Source: Pseudomonadales bacterium
GTDB lineage: Bacteria; Pseudomonadota; Gammaproteobacteria; Pseudomonadales; Azotimanducaceae
Direction: 5' to 3'
DNA: 61,784 bases
Assembly: GCA_047518105.1 (NCBI GenBank)
Contig: JAKZRQ010000134.1
Location: 1-61,784 of the forward strand
A program made the position numbers and the translations under genes. The notes below the pieces were generated by a model that saw only the letters and a list, made by a program, of their open reading frames with translations, was not told the origin of the DNA and searched no databases. This document shows positions 26,956 to 36,563 of this stretch, one piece after another. The first letter of the stretch is position 1. Each line of letters begins with the position of its first letter.

Positions 26956-27685
26956 ACGGCTCGAAGCGAGAATCCGCCGCTTGCGACGGCGGGCGTCGCC
27001 CCTGGTCTGGGCTGGCGATGCCGTGCACTGTCCCGTATGCGACAGATCGTTTCGCGGGTTCCGCCCGGCAGGGAAACGACGGGCGCGGCGGGAGAACGCG
27101 ATCTGCCCCTATTGCGCTTCTCGGGAACGCGATCGACTGGCATTCCTGTTCCTGTGCGGCGCCGAGGCGCCGCGACCGGGTTCGCCGTTCCTGCACATCG
27201 CCCCGGAGGCCTGCCTGCAGCCCAGGCTCCGGCAACTGGCCGGAAGCGACTACCGAACCGCCGATCTCCTTCGAACGGATGTGGACGAGCGCTTCGACGT
27301 GATGGCGATGCCCCACGACGATGCCACCTTCCATGCCGTCTATTGCAGCCACGTTCTGCAGGACGTGGCTGACGACATTCAGGCGATGGCCGAGTTGTTC
27401 CGGGTCTTGAAGCCGGGAGGATGGGCGATCCTCAACGTGCCCGTCACCGCCCAAGTCTCGGTGGATCATCGGGATGCGCCTCTACTTGAGCGGAGCCAGC
27501 GGGACCGCCGTCCGCCCGAGCATCTTCGAACCTATGGCTTGGACTTTCCGAAACGCATGGCTTCGGTCGGCTTCAAGGTGCGCGTGATCGGCCCCGACGA
27601 CGTGGCCGGCCCGGACGAGCAGGCGAGGTTCGGCATCGCGGGAAATGCCAGCGGGTCGATCTACTTGGGCCTCAAGTCGTCGTGA
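26942..27685 (+). CDS. class I SAM-dependent methyltransferase with N-terminal CxxC...CxxC zinc ribbon
   Basis: Contains CPVCDRSF...CPYCAS, then HVLQDV....ELFRVLKPGGWAIL. Overlaps both neighbours. Confidence 0.75.
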   Translation: MRVLERLEARIRRLRRRASPLVWAGDAVHCPVCDRSFRGFRPAGKRRARRENAICPYCASRERDRLAFLFLCGAEAPRPGSPFLHIAPEACLQPRLRQLAGSDYRTADLLRTDVDERFDVMAMPHDDATFHAVYCSHVLQDVADDIQAMAELFRVLKPGGWAILNVPVTAQVSVDHRDAPLLERSQRDRRPPEHLRTYGLDFPKRMASVGFKVRVIGPDDVAGPDEQARFGIAGNASGSIYLGLKSS

Positions 27686-28380
27686 AGTCGGGATCGCACT
27701 GTTGGGTGTCGCTTGCACTGTTGGTCTCCGCCCCGCTGGCGGCGGAGCAAATTCACTACGACGCCCAAGTCGCCTGGCTGCAGGCCGGCAAGATCGTCAT
27801 GTCCCTGCAGCAAGATGGCGACCACTATGAACTCTCAGGCTTGGTGACGACCTCCGGCACCATGAACCGACTGTTCAAATGGCGCGGAAAATTCGCCGCA
27901 ACCGGTCGTTTCGTCGATGGCTTTCCCCAGACCAGCGCCTACCTGCTGCTAGCCGAGGGTCGCGAGTCGCGCGCGGTGCTGCTCGCCTTCGACGGCAAGA
28001 CCACGATCCACGCGACCGACGACGAGTCCGAAGAGCTTCCCCTGCCCCCGGGCTCCGACCTGATGTCCGTGATGTTCCTCGCCCCGCACTGCCTCGGCGA
28101 AACCACCGTCCACGACGGCGAAGACGCCTACCACCTGGTACCCGAACGGACGTTGCGGCAAGGCCTGCGCGAGAGGTCCGGCTACTATTCGGGCGACACC
28201 GTGCGCTGCGACTATCGCTTTCGCTACGGCGACGGCAGCACGCGACGCGTGTCGGTGTGGACTGCCGAGGGGCAGGGACAACGATTGCCCGTGCGTGTCC
28301 AGATCCGCGTTCCGCTGCTTCCCGACGGCATCTTGCGGCTTCGGGTGGACGGGCCATCGCCCGCGGACGACGACTCGTAG
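27682..28380 (+). CDS. exported hypothetical protein (DUF3108-like)
   Basis: GTGA overlap with the upstream stop. Signal peptide SLALLVSAPLAAEQ. Beta-rich composition. The family call is tentative. Confidence 0.55.
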   Translation: MKSGSHCWVSLALLVSAPLAAEQIHYDAQVAWLQAGKIVMSLQQDGDHYELSGLVTTSGTMNRLFKWRGKFAATGRFVDGFPQTSAYLLLAEGRESRAVLLAFDGKTTIHATDDESEELPLPPGSDLMSVMFLAPHCLGETTVHDGEDAYHLVPERTLRQGLRERSGYYSGDTVRCDYRFRYGDGSTRRVSVWTAEGQGQRLPVRVQIRVPLLPDGILRLRVDGPSPADDDS

Positions 28381-28523
28381 CATCGCAAAGCGATCCATGA
28401 ACATTCCCAGTGCCCGCCACTGCGCAAACCACCTCCTCGCCCACCGCCAGGCGTTGGCCGACGCAGACGGTCGGGTGCGTGCCGCGTAGACTTGACCATC
28501 CACATCAGCGGCCTGCACCGATC

Positions 28524-29555
28524 TTGATCCTCCGACTCGGCGTTCTCGACCAATCTCCCATCGGCCGCGGCGAAGATGCGACCGCCGCCGTGGCGAACAC
28601 CATGGCGCTCGCCAAACGCTGCGACGAGCTCGGCTACCACCGCTACTGGGTTGCCGAGCACCACGCCTCCGACACCCTGGCGAGTTCGTCGCCGGAGATC
28701 CTCATCACCCGCCTGGCGGCAGAGACCGAACGTATTCGGGTCGGTTCCGGTGGCGTCATGCTGTCGCACTATTCGCCGTTCAAGGTGGCGGAGAACTTCC
28801 GGATGCTGGAACTGCTCTACCCGGGCCGGATCGACTTAGGTGTCGGTCGCGCACCCGGAAGCGACGGGCTGACCGCGGCGGCGCTGGCCTACGGCAACCC
28901 CCTCGGGATCGAGTACTACCCGGCCAAGGTCAAGGACCTCGTCGCGTTCGTCTCCGGCCAGACGCCAATCACCGAAGCGTTCCGGGATCTCAAGGCCACG
29001 CCAAAGACCGCGACGGTCCCGGAAGTCTGGATGCTCGGCTCCAGCTTCGACTCCGCCGCCTACGCCGCGCGTTTCGGCCTTGCCTACTCCCACGCCCACT
29101 TCATCGCGCCGCAGCCAGCCGTCGAGGCGCTGCGCCACTACCGCGAACGGTTCGTTCCCGAGCACTTGGCAAAGCCCTATGCGTCCATTGGCGTCTTCGC
29201 CATCGCCGTCGAAGATGCCGAACGCGCGGATCTGTTTCGCCGCATGCGCGAAATCCAGCGCATTCGACGCGACCGGGGCCAACGCGGTCCCGCGCCCACG
29301 CTGGAGGAAGCCGCAGCCTGGCCGTTCACGGACGAGGAACTCGAAGCCATGCGCGCTCGCCGGTCGCGGCAGATCATCGGCACGGCCGAGGACGTCAAGG
29401 CCGACATTGAAGCGCTTGCGGCCGAGTCCGGTGCCGACGAAGCGGTCCTCCTGACCATCACGCCGTCGTTCGAGGATCGGCTGAAATCCTACGAGTTGAT
29501 TGCCAACGCCTTTGGCCTCGAACGAGCCCCTGGGGGACCCCACGCCGGCCCGTAG
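28524..29555 (+). CDS. LLM-class (luciferase-like) flavin-dependent oxidoreductase
   Basis: Reads LGVLDQSPI...LGYHRYWVAEHH......SSPEILI..LA..T..IRVGSGGVML.HYSP.KVAE.F. TTG start at 28524 is tentative. Confidence 0.8.
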   Translation: MILRLGVLDQSPIGRGEDATAAVANTMALAKRCDELGYHRYWVAEHHASDTLASSSPEILITRLAAETERIRVGSGGVMLSHYSPFKVAENFRMLELLYPGRIDLGVGRAPGSDGLTAAALAYGNPLGIEYYPAKVKDLVAFVSGQTPITEAFRDLKATPKTATVPEVWMLGSSFDSAAYAARFGLAYSHAHFIAPQPAVEALRHYRERFVPEHLAKPYASIGVFAIAVEDAERADLFRRMREIQRIRRDRGQRGPAPTLEEAAAWPFTDEELEAMRARRSRQIIGTAEDVKADIEALAAESGADEAVLLTITPSFEDRLKSYELIANAFGLERAPGGPHAGP

Positions 29556-29566
29556 GATCGGCGATA

Positions 29567-31390
29567 ATGCGGCCCGGACACCACATCGGGAAAACGGTCA
29601 TGCGCTATTCGGTCGCCACGGCACTCGTGGCCTGCGGCCTTGTCGGCTGCGAGCAGACATCGTCGCCCCAGGACGATTCCTCCTCGACACAAGCATCCGT
29701 CGCGACGACGGCCGTGGAGGCAGTGCCCGCACCGGTCATCCACCATTGGACCAATCAGGAGGAGATTGGCAACGGCAATGGCCCGGTGACCGCCGAGCAC
29801 CTGCTGAACTCGCCATCGAATACCGAGCAGTGGCTGCTCTACGGCGGGGACTACGCGAACCACCGCCACTCGCCCGTGGACGACATCACCCCCGAAAACG
29901 CCGCCAGACTGCAGGTGGCCTGGGCCTTCCCAACGGGGACCAGCGAACAGTTCGAGGTATCACCCACCGTGTACGACGGCATCATGTACGTGACCACCTC
30001 GTACAACCGGATTTTCGCCCTGGATGCGGCGACCGGCGAGATTCACTGGCGCTACGACCACCAGCAGCCGGACGACCTGCGCCTGTGCTGCGGCAAAGTG
30101 AACCGGGGTGCGGCCATCGCCGGCGATCTCGTGCTGATGGCGACGTTGGATGCCAAGCTGATCGCCTTCCACCGCCTGACCGGCGAAATCAAGTGGCAGT
30201 TGGCGCTCGCCGACTACGCCGACGGATTCAGCGCCACCTCCATGCCGCTGATCGTCAAGGACATGGCCATCATCGGCGTGGCCGGCGGCGAGTTCGGGGT
30301 GCGGGGCTTCTTCGACGCCTACGACGTGGCCACCGGCGAGTTGCGCTGGCGGCACTACACCATTCCCGCCGAGGGCGAGCCCGGCATCGAGACCTGGGCC
30401 GGCGATTCCTACAAGACCGGCGGCGGGCCTGCCTGGACCAGCGGCGCCTACGATCCCGAGACCGACATCCTGTACTGGACAACCGGAAACCCCTCGCCCG
30501 ACTGGAACGGCGACCTGCGCGCCGGCGACAACCTGTTCTCCAACAGCCTGTTGGCCGTGAACCCCGACACCGGCGAACGTCTCTGGCACTTCCAGTTCAC
30601 GCCCCACGACGTCTGGGACTACGATGGCAATACCCACATCTTCCTGACCGACGTCGATCACGACGGCGAGATGGTCAAGGCCATCGTGCAAGCCAACCGC
30701 AACGGCTATTTCTACACCCTGGACCGGGCCACCGGCGCTTTCCTGGGCGCTTCCCAATACATCGAGCAACTGAACTGGGCGACCATCGACGAAACGGGCC
30801 GACCCGTCGTCGACCCAAGGGCCAATCCGACCGAGGAACCCGACTTCCGCGTCTGCCCCGGCAATCTCGGCGGCATGAACGGCGCCTGGACGGGTGCCTT
30901 GAACCCGGATCTCGGCCTTGCCTATATCCCGGTCATCGAGTCCTGCCAGTACTTCCACAAGGGGATCGTCGCCTTTGTCGAGGGCCAGCCGTTCATGGGC
31001 GGTCTGCCGATCACGGTGGATGTCCTGAACGGCACCGACTACGGCCACCTCTCCGCCGTCGACATCCACACCGGCGAGGTGCGTTGGCGCTACAAGGACC
31101 CGGAACCGATGATGGCCGGCGCCCTGTCCACGGCGGGTGGCGTGGTCTTCACCGGCAACCGGGACGGGTTCGCCCTGGCACTCGACGCGGCGAGCGGCGA
31201 ACTGCTGTGGAAGTTCCGCATGGGCGGGGGCGTACGCAGCCAGCCCGTCGCCTACCAGGCGGGCGGCAAGAGCTATGTCGCCATCGGTTCGGGCAACGAC
31301 ATCACCATCGCCGGCTTCGCGGCGGGTTCCGTCGCCGTCCCCGAGGGCGGCCACCTGTTCGTGTTCTCGCTCCCGGAGCTCCCGGAATAG
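29567..31390 (+). CDS. PQQ-dependent alcohol dehydrogenase (methanol/ethanol family), lipoprotein, predicted lanthanide-type
   Basis: Lipobox LVGC. Vicinal LCCG disulfide motif (about 30086-30091). ALDAATGEIHW propeller repeats. PHDVWDYDG with Asp two residues after the catalytic Asp (30617-30625). The alternative start is 29600. Confidence 0.85.
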   Translation: MRPGHHIGKTVMRYSVATALVACGLVGCEQTSSPQDDSSSTQASVATTAVEAVPAPVIHHWTNQEEIGNGNGPVTAEHLLNSPSNTEQWLLYGGDYANHRHSPVDDITPENAARLQVAWAFPTGTSEQFEVSPTVYDGIMYVTTSYNRIFALDAATGEIHWRYDHQQPDDLRLCCGKVNRGAAIAGDLVLMATLDAKLIAFHRLTGEIKWQLALADYADGFSATSMPLIVKDMAIIGVAGGEFGVRGFFDAYDVATGELRWRHYTIPAEGEPGIETWAGDSYKTGGGPAWTSGAYDPETDILYWTTGNPSPDWNGDLRAGDNLFSNSLLAVNPDTGERLWHFQFTPHDVWDYDGNTHIFLTDVDHDGEMVKAIVQANRNGYFYTLDRATGAFLGASQYIEQLNWATIDETGRPVVDPRANPTEEPDFRVCPGNLGGMNGAWTGALNPDLGLAYIPVIESCQYFHKGIVAFVEGQPFMGGLPITVDVLNGTDYGHLSAVDIHTGEVRWRYKDPEPMMAGALSTAGGVVFTGNRDGFALALDAASGELLWKFRMGGGVRSQPVAYQAGGKSYVAIGSGNDITIAGFAAGSVAVPEGGHLFVFSLPELPE

Positions 31391-31410
31391 CGCTTCGACG
31401 ACCCGGCGCC

Positions 31411-31848
31411 ATGCCCGACTACGAAGCCGCGTCGCCAAGAGCGGCCCGATCCCTCTTGGCGGCGATGGCGTTGACGCTCGCGCAAGGGCCTGTAGTGCGA
31501 GCCGTCGCCCTGATCGCCCTGTCCATCACCGTCGCCGGCTGCGGTCCGAAGTCTCCGGCAGACGCCTACCGGTCCGATCCGGATGCCCTGAAGCGTGCCA
31601 AGTCGGTGTTCATCGGCACCTGCGCCGGCTACTGCCACACCACGACGGCAACCAATCGCGACGCCCCCTACCTGTTCGACGACCAGTGGCTGCACGGCGG
31701 CGCAGACCAGGAGATCTTCGACACCATCGCCAAGGGCGTGCCCGGCACCACGATGATCGGCTTCAAGGGCAATCTGCCCGAAGGGGACGACGATATCTGG
31801 CGGCTCGTGGCCTACATCACCGCAACGGGAGCGCGTTCGGCCCCGTAG
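31411..31848 (+). CDS. small c-type cytochrome, lipoprotein, with atypical CAGYCH haem motif
   Basis: Lipobox VAGC. TGC GCC GGC TAC TGC CAC at 31621-31638. Distal Met candidate GTTMIGF. Class I-like C-terminal helix DDIWRLVAYI. The alternative start is 31465. Confidence 0.7.
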   Translation: MPDYEAASPRAARSLLAAMALTLAQGPVVRAVALIALSITVAGCGPKSPADAYRSDPDALKRAKSVFIGTCAGYCHTTTATNRDAPYLFDDQWLHGGADQEIFDTIAKGVPGTTMIGFKGNLPEGDDDIWRLVAYITATGARSAP

Positions 31849-31920
31849 GGTCGGTTTGTCCGCTGACCGGCCCGCCGCGTTATTCTCCGACTCACGCCAC
31901 CGAGCCAGCAGGGAACACGA

Positions 31921-33135
31921 TTGGCCACGCGCCACCCACACGGATTCGACGACCTCGAACGCCGTCTCGACGACCTCCGGAGCCGCGACATGTACCGCAC
32001 CCGGCGCACGCTTGAGAGCCCCCAGGGGCGCGAGGTCGTGGTCGACAGTCGCCGGCTGGTCAACTTCTGCAGCAACGACTACCTGGGTCTGGCGGGCGAT
32101 CCGCGCCTGGCCGAGGCCTTCGAGCGGGGCATCGCCAGGTGGGGTACCGGCACCGGCGCCTCGCACCTGGTGTGCGGACACACGTCCGCCCACGAGGAGT
32201 TGGAAGAGGCATTGGCGGCGTTCGCCGGCCGACCCAGAGCGCTCCTCCACGGCAGCGGCTATGCCGCCAACGTCGGCGTCGTCAACGCCCTGTTGAGCGT
32301 CGGCGACTTCGTATTCGAGGACCGGTTGAATCACGCTTCGCTGCTCGATGGCGGCTGGATCAGTCGCGCGGGGTTCTCGTGGTTCGAACACCGCGACGTC
32401 GCGGACCTGGGGCGCAAACTCGCGCAGGTCGACCGCGAGCCGACGCGCAAGCTCATCGTCAGCGACGGAACATTCAGCATGGACGGCGACCCCTGTCCGC
32501 TGGATGAACTCGTCGCCGCAGCGAACCGGCATGGCGCCTGGACGATGATCGACGACGCCCACGGCATGGGCGTGCACGGTGCAAACGGCGTCGGCCTGGT
32601 GGATCCGGCGCGCTACTCCACCTCGGACGTGCCTGTGCTGGTCGGCACGCTGGGCAAGGCTTTCGGAACCTCGGGCGCATTCGTCGCCGGTGACGAGCCC
32701 CTCATCGAGACGCTGATCCAGCGCTCGCGCAACTACATCTTCACCACGGCGATGCCCAGCGCGCTGGCCGTGGCGACACTCAAGAGCCTCGAAATCGCGA
32801 CCGTCGAGGCCTGGCGGCGCGATCACCTCGCCGCGTTGATCGTCCGTTTCCGCGCCGGTGCCCGTGCATTGGGGCTCGCGCTGATGCCTTCGACATCGCC
32901 CATCCAGCCGCTTGTTGTCGGCGACCCGGCCCGTGCGCTGGCGATGAGCCGCACGCTGGAGCGGCAGGGGTTGCTGATCGGCGCCATTCGCCCGCCGACG
33001 GTGCCCGAGGGTACATCCAGACTACGGGTGACGCTGACCGCCGCCCACCAACCGGCAGACGTGGACCGCCTGCTTGACGCGTTGGGTGCCTTGGCGGTTT
33101 GCGGGCCGCCCGCGACGGCGGATCGCGACGGCTGA
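31921..33135 (+). CDS. bioF: 8-amino-7-oxononanoate synthase
   Basis: Reads NFCSNDYLGL...ASHLVCGH...GSGYAAN...TLGKAFG. Confidence 0.9.
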   Translation: MATRHPHGFDDLERRLDDLRSRDMYRTRRTLESPQGREVVVDSRRLVNFCSNDYLGLAGDPRLAEAFERGIARWGTGTGASHLVCGHTSAHEELEEALAAFAGRPRALLHGSGYAANVGVVNALLSVGDFVFEDRLNHASLLDGGWISRAGFSWFEHRDVADLGRKLAQVDREPTRKLIVSDGTFSMDGDPCPLDELVAAANRHGAWTMIDDAHGMGVHGANGVGLVDPARYSTSDVPVLVGTLGKAFGTSGAFVAGDEPLIETLIQRSRNYIFTTAMPSALAVATLKSLEIATVEAWRRDHLAALIVRFRAGARALGLALMPSTSPIQPLVVGDPARALAMSRTLERQGLLIGAIRPPTVPEGTSRLRVTLTAAHQPADVDRLLDALGALAVCGPPATADRDG

Positions 33136-33824
33136 TGTTGCGCGCACCCTTCTTCGTCACCGGCACGGACACGGACGTCGGCAAGACATTCGTCGCCGCG
33201 GCACTCCTGGAACTGGCGCGGGAACGTGGCTTGCACTGCGCCGCGCTCAAACCCGTCGCCGCGGGTTGCGCGCGCGTCAACGGCGAGCTCATCAACGACG
33301 ACGCCCTCGAGTTGATCGCGGCCAGCGGCACCGACCTCGACTACGGCACCGTCAATCCCATCGCCCTGGAGCCCCCGATCGCGCCGCATATCGCGGCACG
33401 GCAAGCAGGCATCGGGCTCAGCGCTTCGGCCCTCGCCCGGCATTGCCGCAAGGCGCTCGCCGGCGACATCGACTTCGCCCTCATCGAGGGTGCCGGCGGT
33501 TGGCTGGTACCGCTCAACGCCACCGAAACCTTGGCGGACGTCTGCGTCGACCTCGGCGCCCGCCCCGTCCTGGTGGTCGGCATGAAGCTCGGTTGCCTGA
33601 ACCACGCGCTCCTCACCGCCGACGCCATCGCCGCATCGGGCAGCGAACTCGCCGGCTGGGTCGCCAACTGCCCGACGCCGGAGATGGCGGCGTTCCACGA
33701 CAACGTCGCGACGCTCCGGGAAAAACTGACGGCGCCGTGCCTGGGTGTCGTTCCGCATCTCGGCGTCGACGCGACGCGCCGGAGCGCTGTTCCGCATCTC
33801 GATATCGACCCGCTCCTGGCATGA
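33135..33824 (+). CDS. bioD: dethiobiotin synthase
   Basis: Reads FFVTGTDTDVGKT...EGAGGW. ATG overlaps the bioF stop (TGATG). Confidence 0.9.
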   Translation: MLRAPFFVTGTDTDVGKTFVAAALLELARERGLHCAALKPVAAGCARVNGELINDDALELIAASGTDLDYGTVNPIALEPPIAPHIAARQAGIGLSASALARHCRKALAGDIDFALIEGAGGWLVPLNATETLADVCVDLGARPVLVVGMKLGCLNHALLTADAIAASGSELAGWVANCPTPEMAAFHDNVATLREKLTAPCLGVVPHLGVDATRRSAVPHLDIDPLLA

Positions 33825-35110
33825 ACGACCCGCTTCAATTCGACCGCGACCACATCTGGCATCCCTACACGTCCATGGTCGACCCGCTGCCTGTCTACGC
33901 CGTGGCGTCCGCCGAGGGCGTACGCATCCGTCTCGCCGACGGGCGGGAACTGATCGACGGCATGTCGTCCTGGTGGTGCGCCATTCACGGCTACAACCAC
34001 CCTGCCCTGAACGCCGCCGTGCGCGCCCAACTCGACGACGCCGCCCACGTCATGTTCGGGGGTCTGACCCACGGACCCGCCATCGAACTCGCGCGGACAC
34101 TCGTCGACCTGACCCCACCTGGTCTCCAGCATGTCTTCTTCTGCGACTCCGGCTCCGTCGCCGTCGAAGTCGCCATCAAGATGGCGATCCAATACTGGGG
34201 AGCGGTGGGACGCCCGGGAAAACACCGGCTGGCGACCATCCGCGGCGGCTACCACGGCGACACCTTCGGCGCGATGAGTGTCTGCGACCCGACAACGGGC
34301 ATGCACGAACGGTTCAGGCCGGTGCTGCCCCAACACCTGTTCGCCGACCGGCCCCGCGCTCGCCCCGGCGAGCCGCTGCATCCAGACGACGTGGCCGGCA
34401 TCGAGGATCTACTTGCCAACCACCACCCGGAACTGGCCGCGGTCATCCTGGAGCCCGTGGTGCAGGGCGCCGGCGGCATGTGGTTCTACGCCCCCGAATA
34501 CCTCAACCACGTCAAAGCACTTTGCGAACGGTTCGACGTGCTCTTGATCCTCGACGAAATCGCCACCGGGTTCGGTCGCACCGGTAGGCTGTTCGCCTGC
34601 GAGCACGCCGGGATCGAGCCGGACATCCTCTGTCTCGGCAAGGCGTTGACCGGGGGCTACATGAGCCTGGCCGCGACCCTGACGTCCACCCGGATCGCCC
34701 ACGGGCTCTCGGAGGACGGTGGCGTACTGATGCACGGCCCCACCTTCATGGCGAATCCGTTGGCCTGCGCGGTGGCCAAGCGCAGCATCGAACTGTTGGA
34801 GGAGATCGACTGGCGAGCACGGGTCATCGCCATCGAAGCCCAGCTAACCGAAGAGTTGGCGCAATACGCCGGTCACCCCGTCGTGCTGGACGTCCGCGTG
34901 CTCGGTGCCATCGGCGTGGTTCAAACCAAGGCGCCGGTACCCGTTGCAGCGATGCAGGAGGTGTTCGTGGATGCCGGCGTCTGGATTCGGCCGTTCAACG
35001 ATCTGGTCTACCTGATGCCGCCGTTCGTGACCAACGAGGACGACCTACGCCAGTTGACGAAAGCCATCAGTCTCGGTCTGGACGCGGTAGACCTCCCGTC
35101 CGGCGCGTGA
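33821..35110 (+). CDS. bioA: adenosylmethionine-8-amino-7-oxononanoate aminotransferase
   Basis: Reads [12 protein letters not shown]...[13 protein letters not shown]...[11 protein letters not shown]...KALTGGY. ATGA overlap with bioD. Confidence 0.9.
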   Translation: MNDPLQFDRDHIWHPYTSMVDPLPVYAVASAEGVRIRLADGRELIDGMSSWWCAIHGYNHPALNAAVRAQLDDAAHVMFGGLTHGPAIELARTLVDLTPPGLQHVFFCDSGSVAVEVAIKMAIQYWGAVGRPGKHRLATIRGGYHGDTFGAMSVCDPTTGMHERFRPVLPQHLFADRPRARPGEPLHPDDVAGIEDLLANHHPELAAVILEPVVQGAGGMWFYAPEYLNHVKALCERFDVLLILDEIATGFGRTGRLFACEHAGIEPDILCLGKALTGGYMSLAATLTSTRIAHGLSEDGGVLMHGPTFMANPLACAVAKRSIELLEEIDWRARVIAIEAQLTEELAQYAGHPVVLDVRVLGAIGVVQTKAPVPVAAMQEVFVDAGVWIRPFNDLVYLMPPFVTNEDDLRQLTKAISLGLDAVDLPSGA

Positions 35111-35120
35111 CCCTGCGGGG

Positions 35121-35271
35121 CTAGCTCGGCTGGAGTCCTCGAGCGCTCCGAACGTTGACGCATGGGTTGCATTGCGAACGAGGCCGGGAGAATGCGTAAG
35201 CATTCCCAAACGCGCCCGTCGGGCGCGCACTCGCACCGCGAGGCGCCGCTGCCATATGCAGCACGCGCTAG
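35121..35271 (-). repeat. repeat family 2 element (inverted copy), sharing its terminal CTAG with MITE copy B
   Basis: The reverse complement aligns with 56307-56453 (ctag..gcgcgcccgacgggcgcgtttgggaatgcttacgcattctcccggcctcgttcg.aatgcaaccca..gtcaacgttcggagcgctc.aggact). Confidence 0.8.
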
Positions 35272-35514
35272 CCCGCATTTCTCACCAGGGGCCGTGATGA
35301 TCGCGGAGGATTTTGGCCCTGTTCGCGTGCTCGCGACCGAGAGCATAGCGGGGCCTACGGTTGAGGGAGCATGTGCGCGCACGGGGCCAAAAGACCCGCG
35401 AGGGCACGGCCAGCGCAGTCTGCAACCGGCACGATCATTGGCATCGCGGTCAACTTCTTGAAACCATGAGCTCTTTTGACGCCGAGAAGCGGCCTGGTGA
35501 GAAATGCGGGCTAG
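35268..35514 (-). mobile_element. MITE family 1, intermediate variant (copy B, 247 bp)
   Basis: CTAG-bounded. Same TIRs, in inverted orientation relative to copies A and C. Confidence 0.85.
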
Positions 35515-35555
35515 AGACCACGGATCCACGCACTCCTTGGCAACGCGCTGCCGAC

Positions 35556-36524
35556 TTGTATCCCGGTGCAACCGTTTCGCTCCTGCTCGCGCTTGCGGCC
35601 TACGCCTTGGCCGAACACTACGGCGCCCCCGTGATGCTGCTCGCTCTGCTGCTCGGCATCGCGGTGAATTTTCTGAGCGAAGACGAGCGCTGCAGGCCCG
35701 GCATCGAGTTCTGCGCGAAGACGGTGCTGCGCATCGGGGTCGCGTTGCTGGGCGTGCGCATTACTGCGGGACATCTGATCGATCTGGGTTGGTCGGCTGC
35801 GCTGCTCATCGCGTTGGTCGTCATCCTGACGGTCGTGTTTGGGGCCCTGTTCGCCCGCAGGTTGCGTCTGGGAACGGAATTCGGAGTCCTGACCGGCGGC
35901 TCGGTTGCGATATGCGGCGTCTCGGCAGCCATCGCCATCTCCTCCGTCCTGCCGAAACGGGACAACGCGGACCGGGAGCTGGTGTTCGCCATCGTTGGCG
36001 TCACCACGCTCAGCACCCTGGCGATGGTCGTCTATCCCGCCATTGCGGGCGCGCTCGGTCTCGGCGACGTGGCGGCCGGCGTCTTTCTGGGCGGCACGAT
36101 TCACGATGTGGCTCAGGTGGTGGGTGCTGGCTATTCCATATCCGATGAAACGGGAGACCTCGCCACGATCGTCAAACTGCTCCGGGTGGCCATGCTGGTG
36201 CCTGTGGTCCTGGTGGTGATGTTCGTGTTTCGGCAACGCCTTGCGGCCGCCGCCTACGGCAAGGGGACCATCCCCGCTTTCCTGGTCGCATTCGTTGCGC
36301 TGGCGGTCGTCAATAGTTTCGGTCTGATTCCCGAGGTGGTGGTTGACGCAGGGAATGCGCTCTCCCGGTGGTGCCTAATCGTGGCGATTGCCGCCGTCGG
36401 CGTAAAGACGCTGCTGCGTGAGGTCGCGCAGCTCGGTTGGCCACCGATCATCCTGATGTTCGGGGAGACCGCCTTCATCTCCGTCTTTGTGCTCACTGCC
36501 TACGCGCTGGTCGTGGGAATCTGA
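35556..36524 (+). CDS. yeiH: YeiH/UPF0324 family membrane protein (start uncertain)
   Basis: Multi-TM. Reads GGSVAICGVSAAIA...GGTIHDVAQVVGAG. The only upstream ATG of the ORF (35361) lies inside the MITE. TTG at 35556 is the first start outside it. Confidence 0.75.
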   Translation: MYPGATVSLLLALAAYALAEHYGAPVMLLALLLGIAVNFLSEDERCRPGIEFCAKTVLRIGVALLGVRITAGHLIDLGWSAALLIALVVILTVVFGALFARRLRLGTEFGVLTGGSVAICGVSAAIAISSVLPKRDNADRELVFAIVGVTTLSTLAMVVYPAIAGALGLGDVAAGVFLGGTIHDVAQVVGAGYSISDETGDLATIVKLLRVAMLVPVVLVVMFVFRQRLAAAAYGKGTIPAFLVAFVALAVVNSFGLIPEVVVDAGNALSRWCLIVAIAAVGVKTLLREVAQLGWPPIILMFGETAFISVFVLTAYALVVGI

Positions 36525-36563
36525 CGAGACTGCCGCGTAGCCGTGCTCCCAACGGAGGGGCGC

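Noticed and set aside
29500-31848. 782-aa ORF spanning the dehydrogenase and cytochrome genes
   Set aside because: Only the last ~145 codons (from ATG 31411) are protein-like (the cytochrome c). The rest is an alternative frame of the PQQ dehydrogenase gene.
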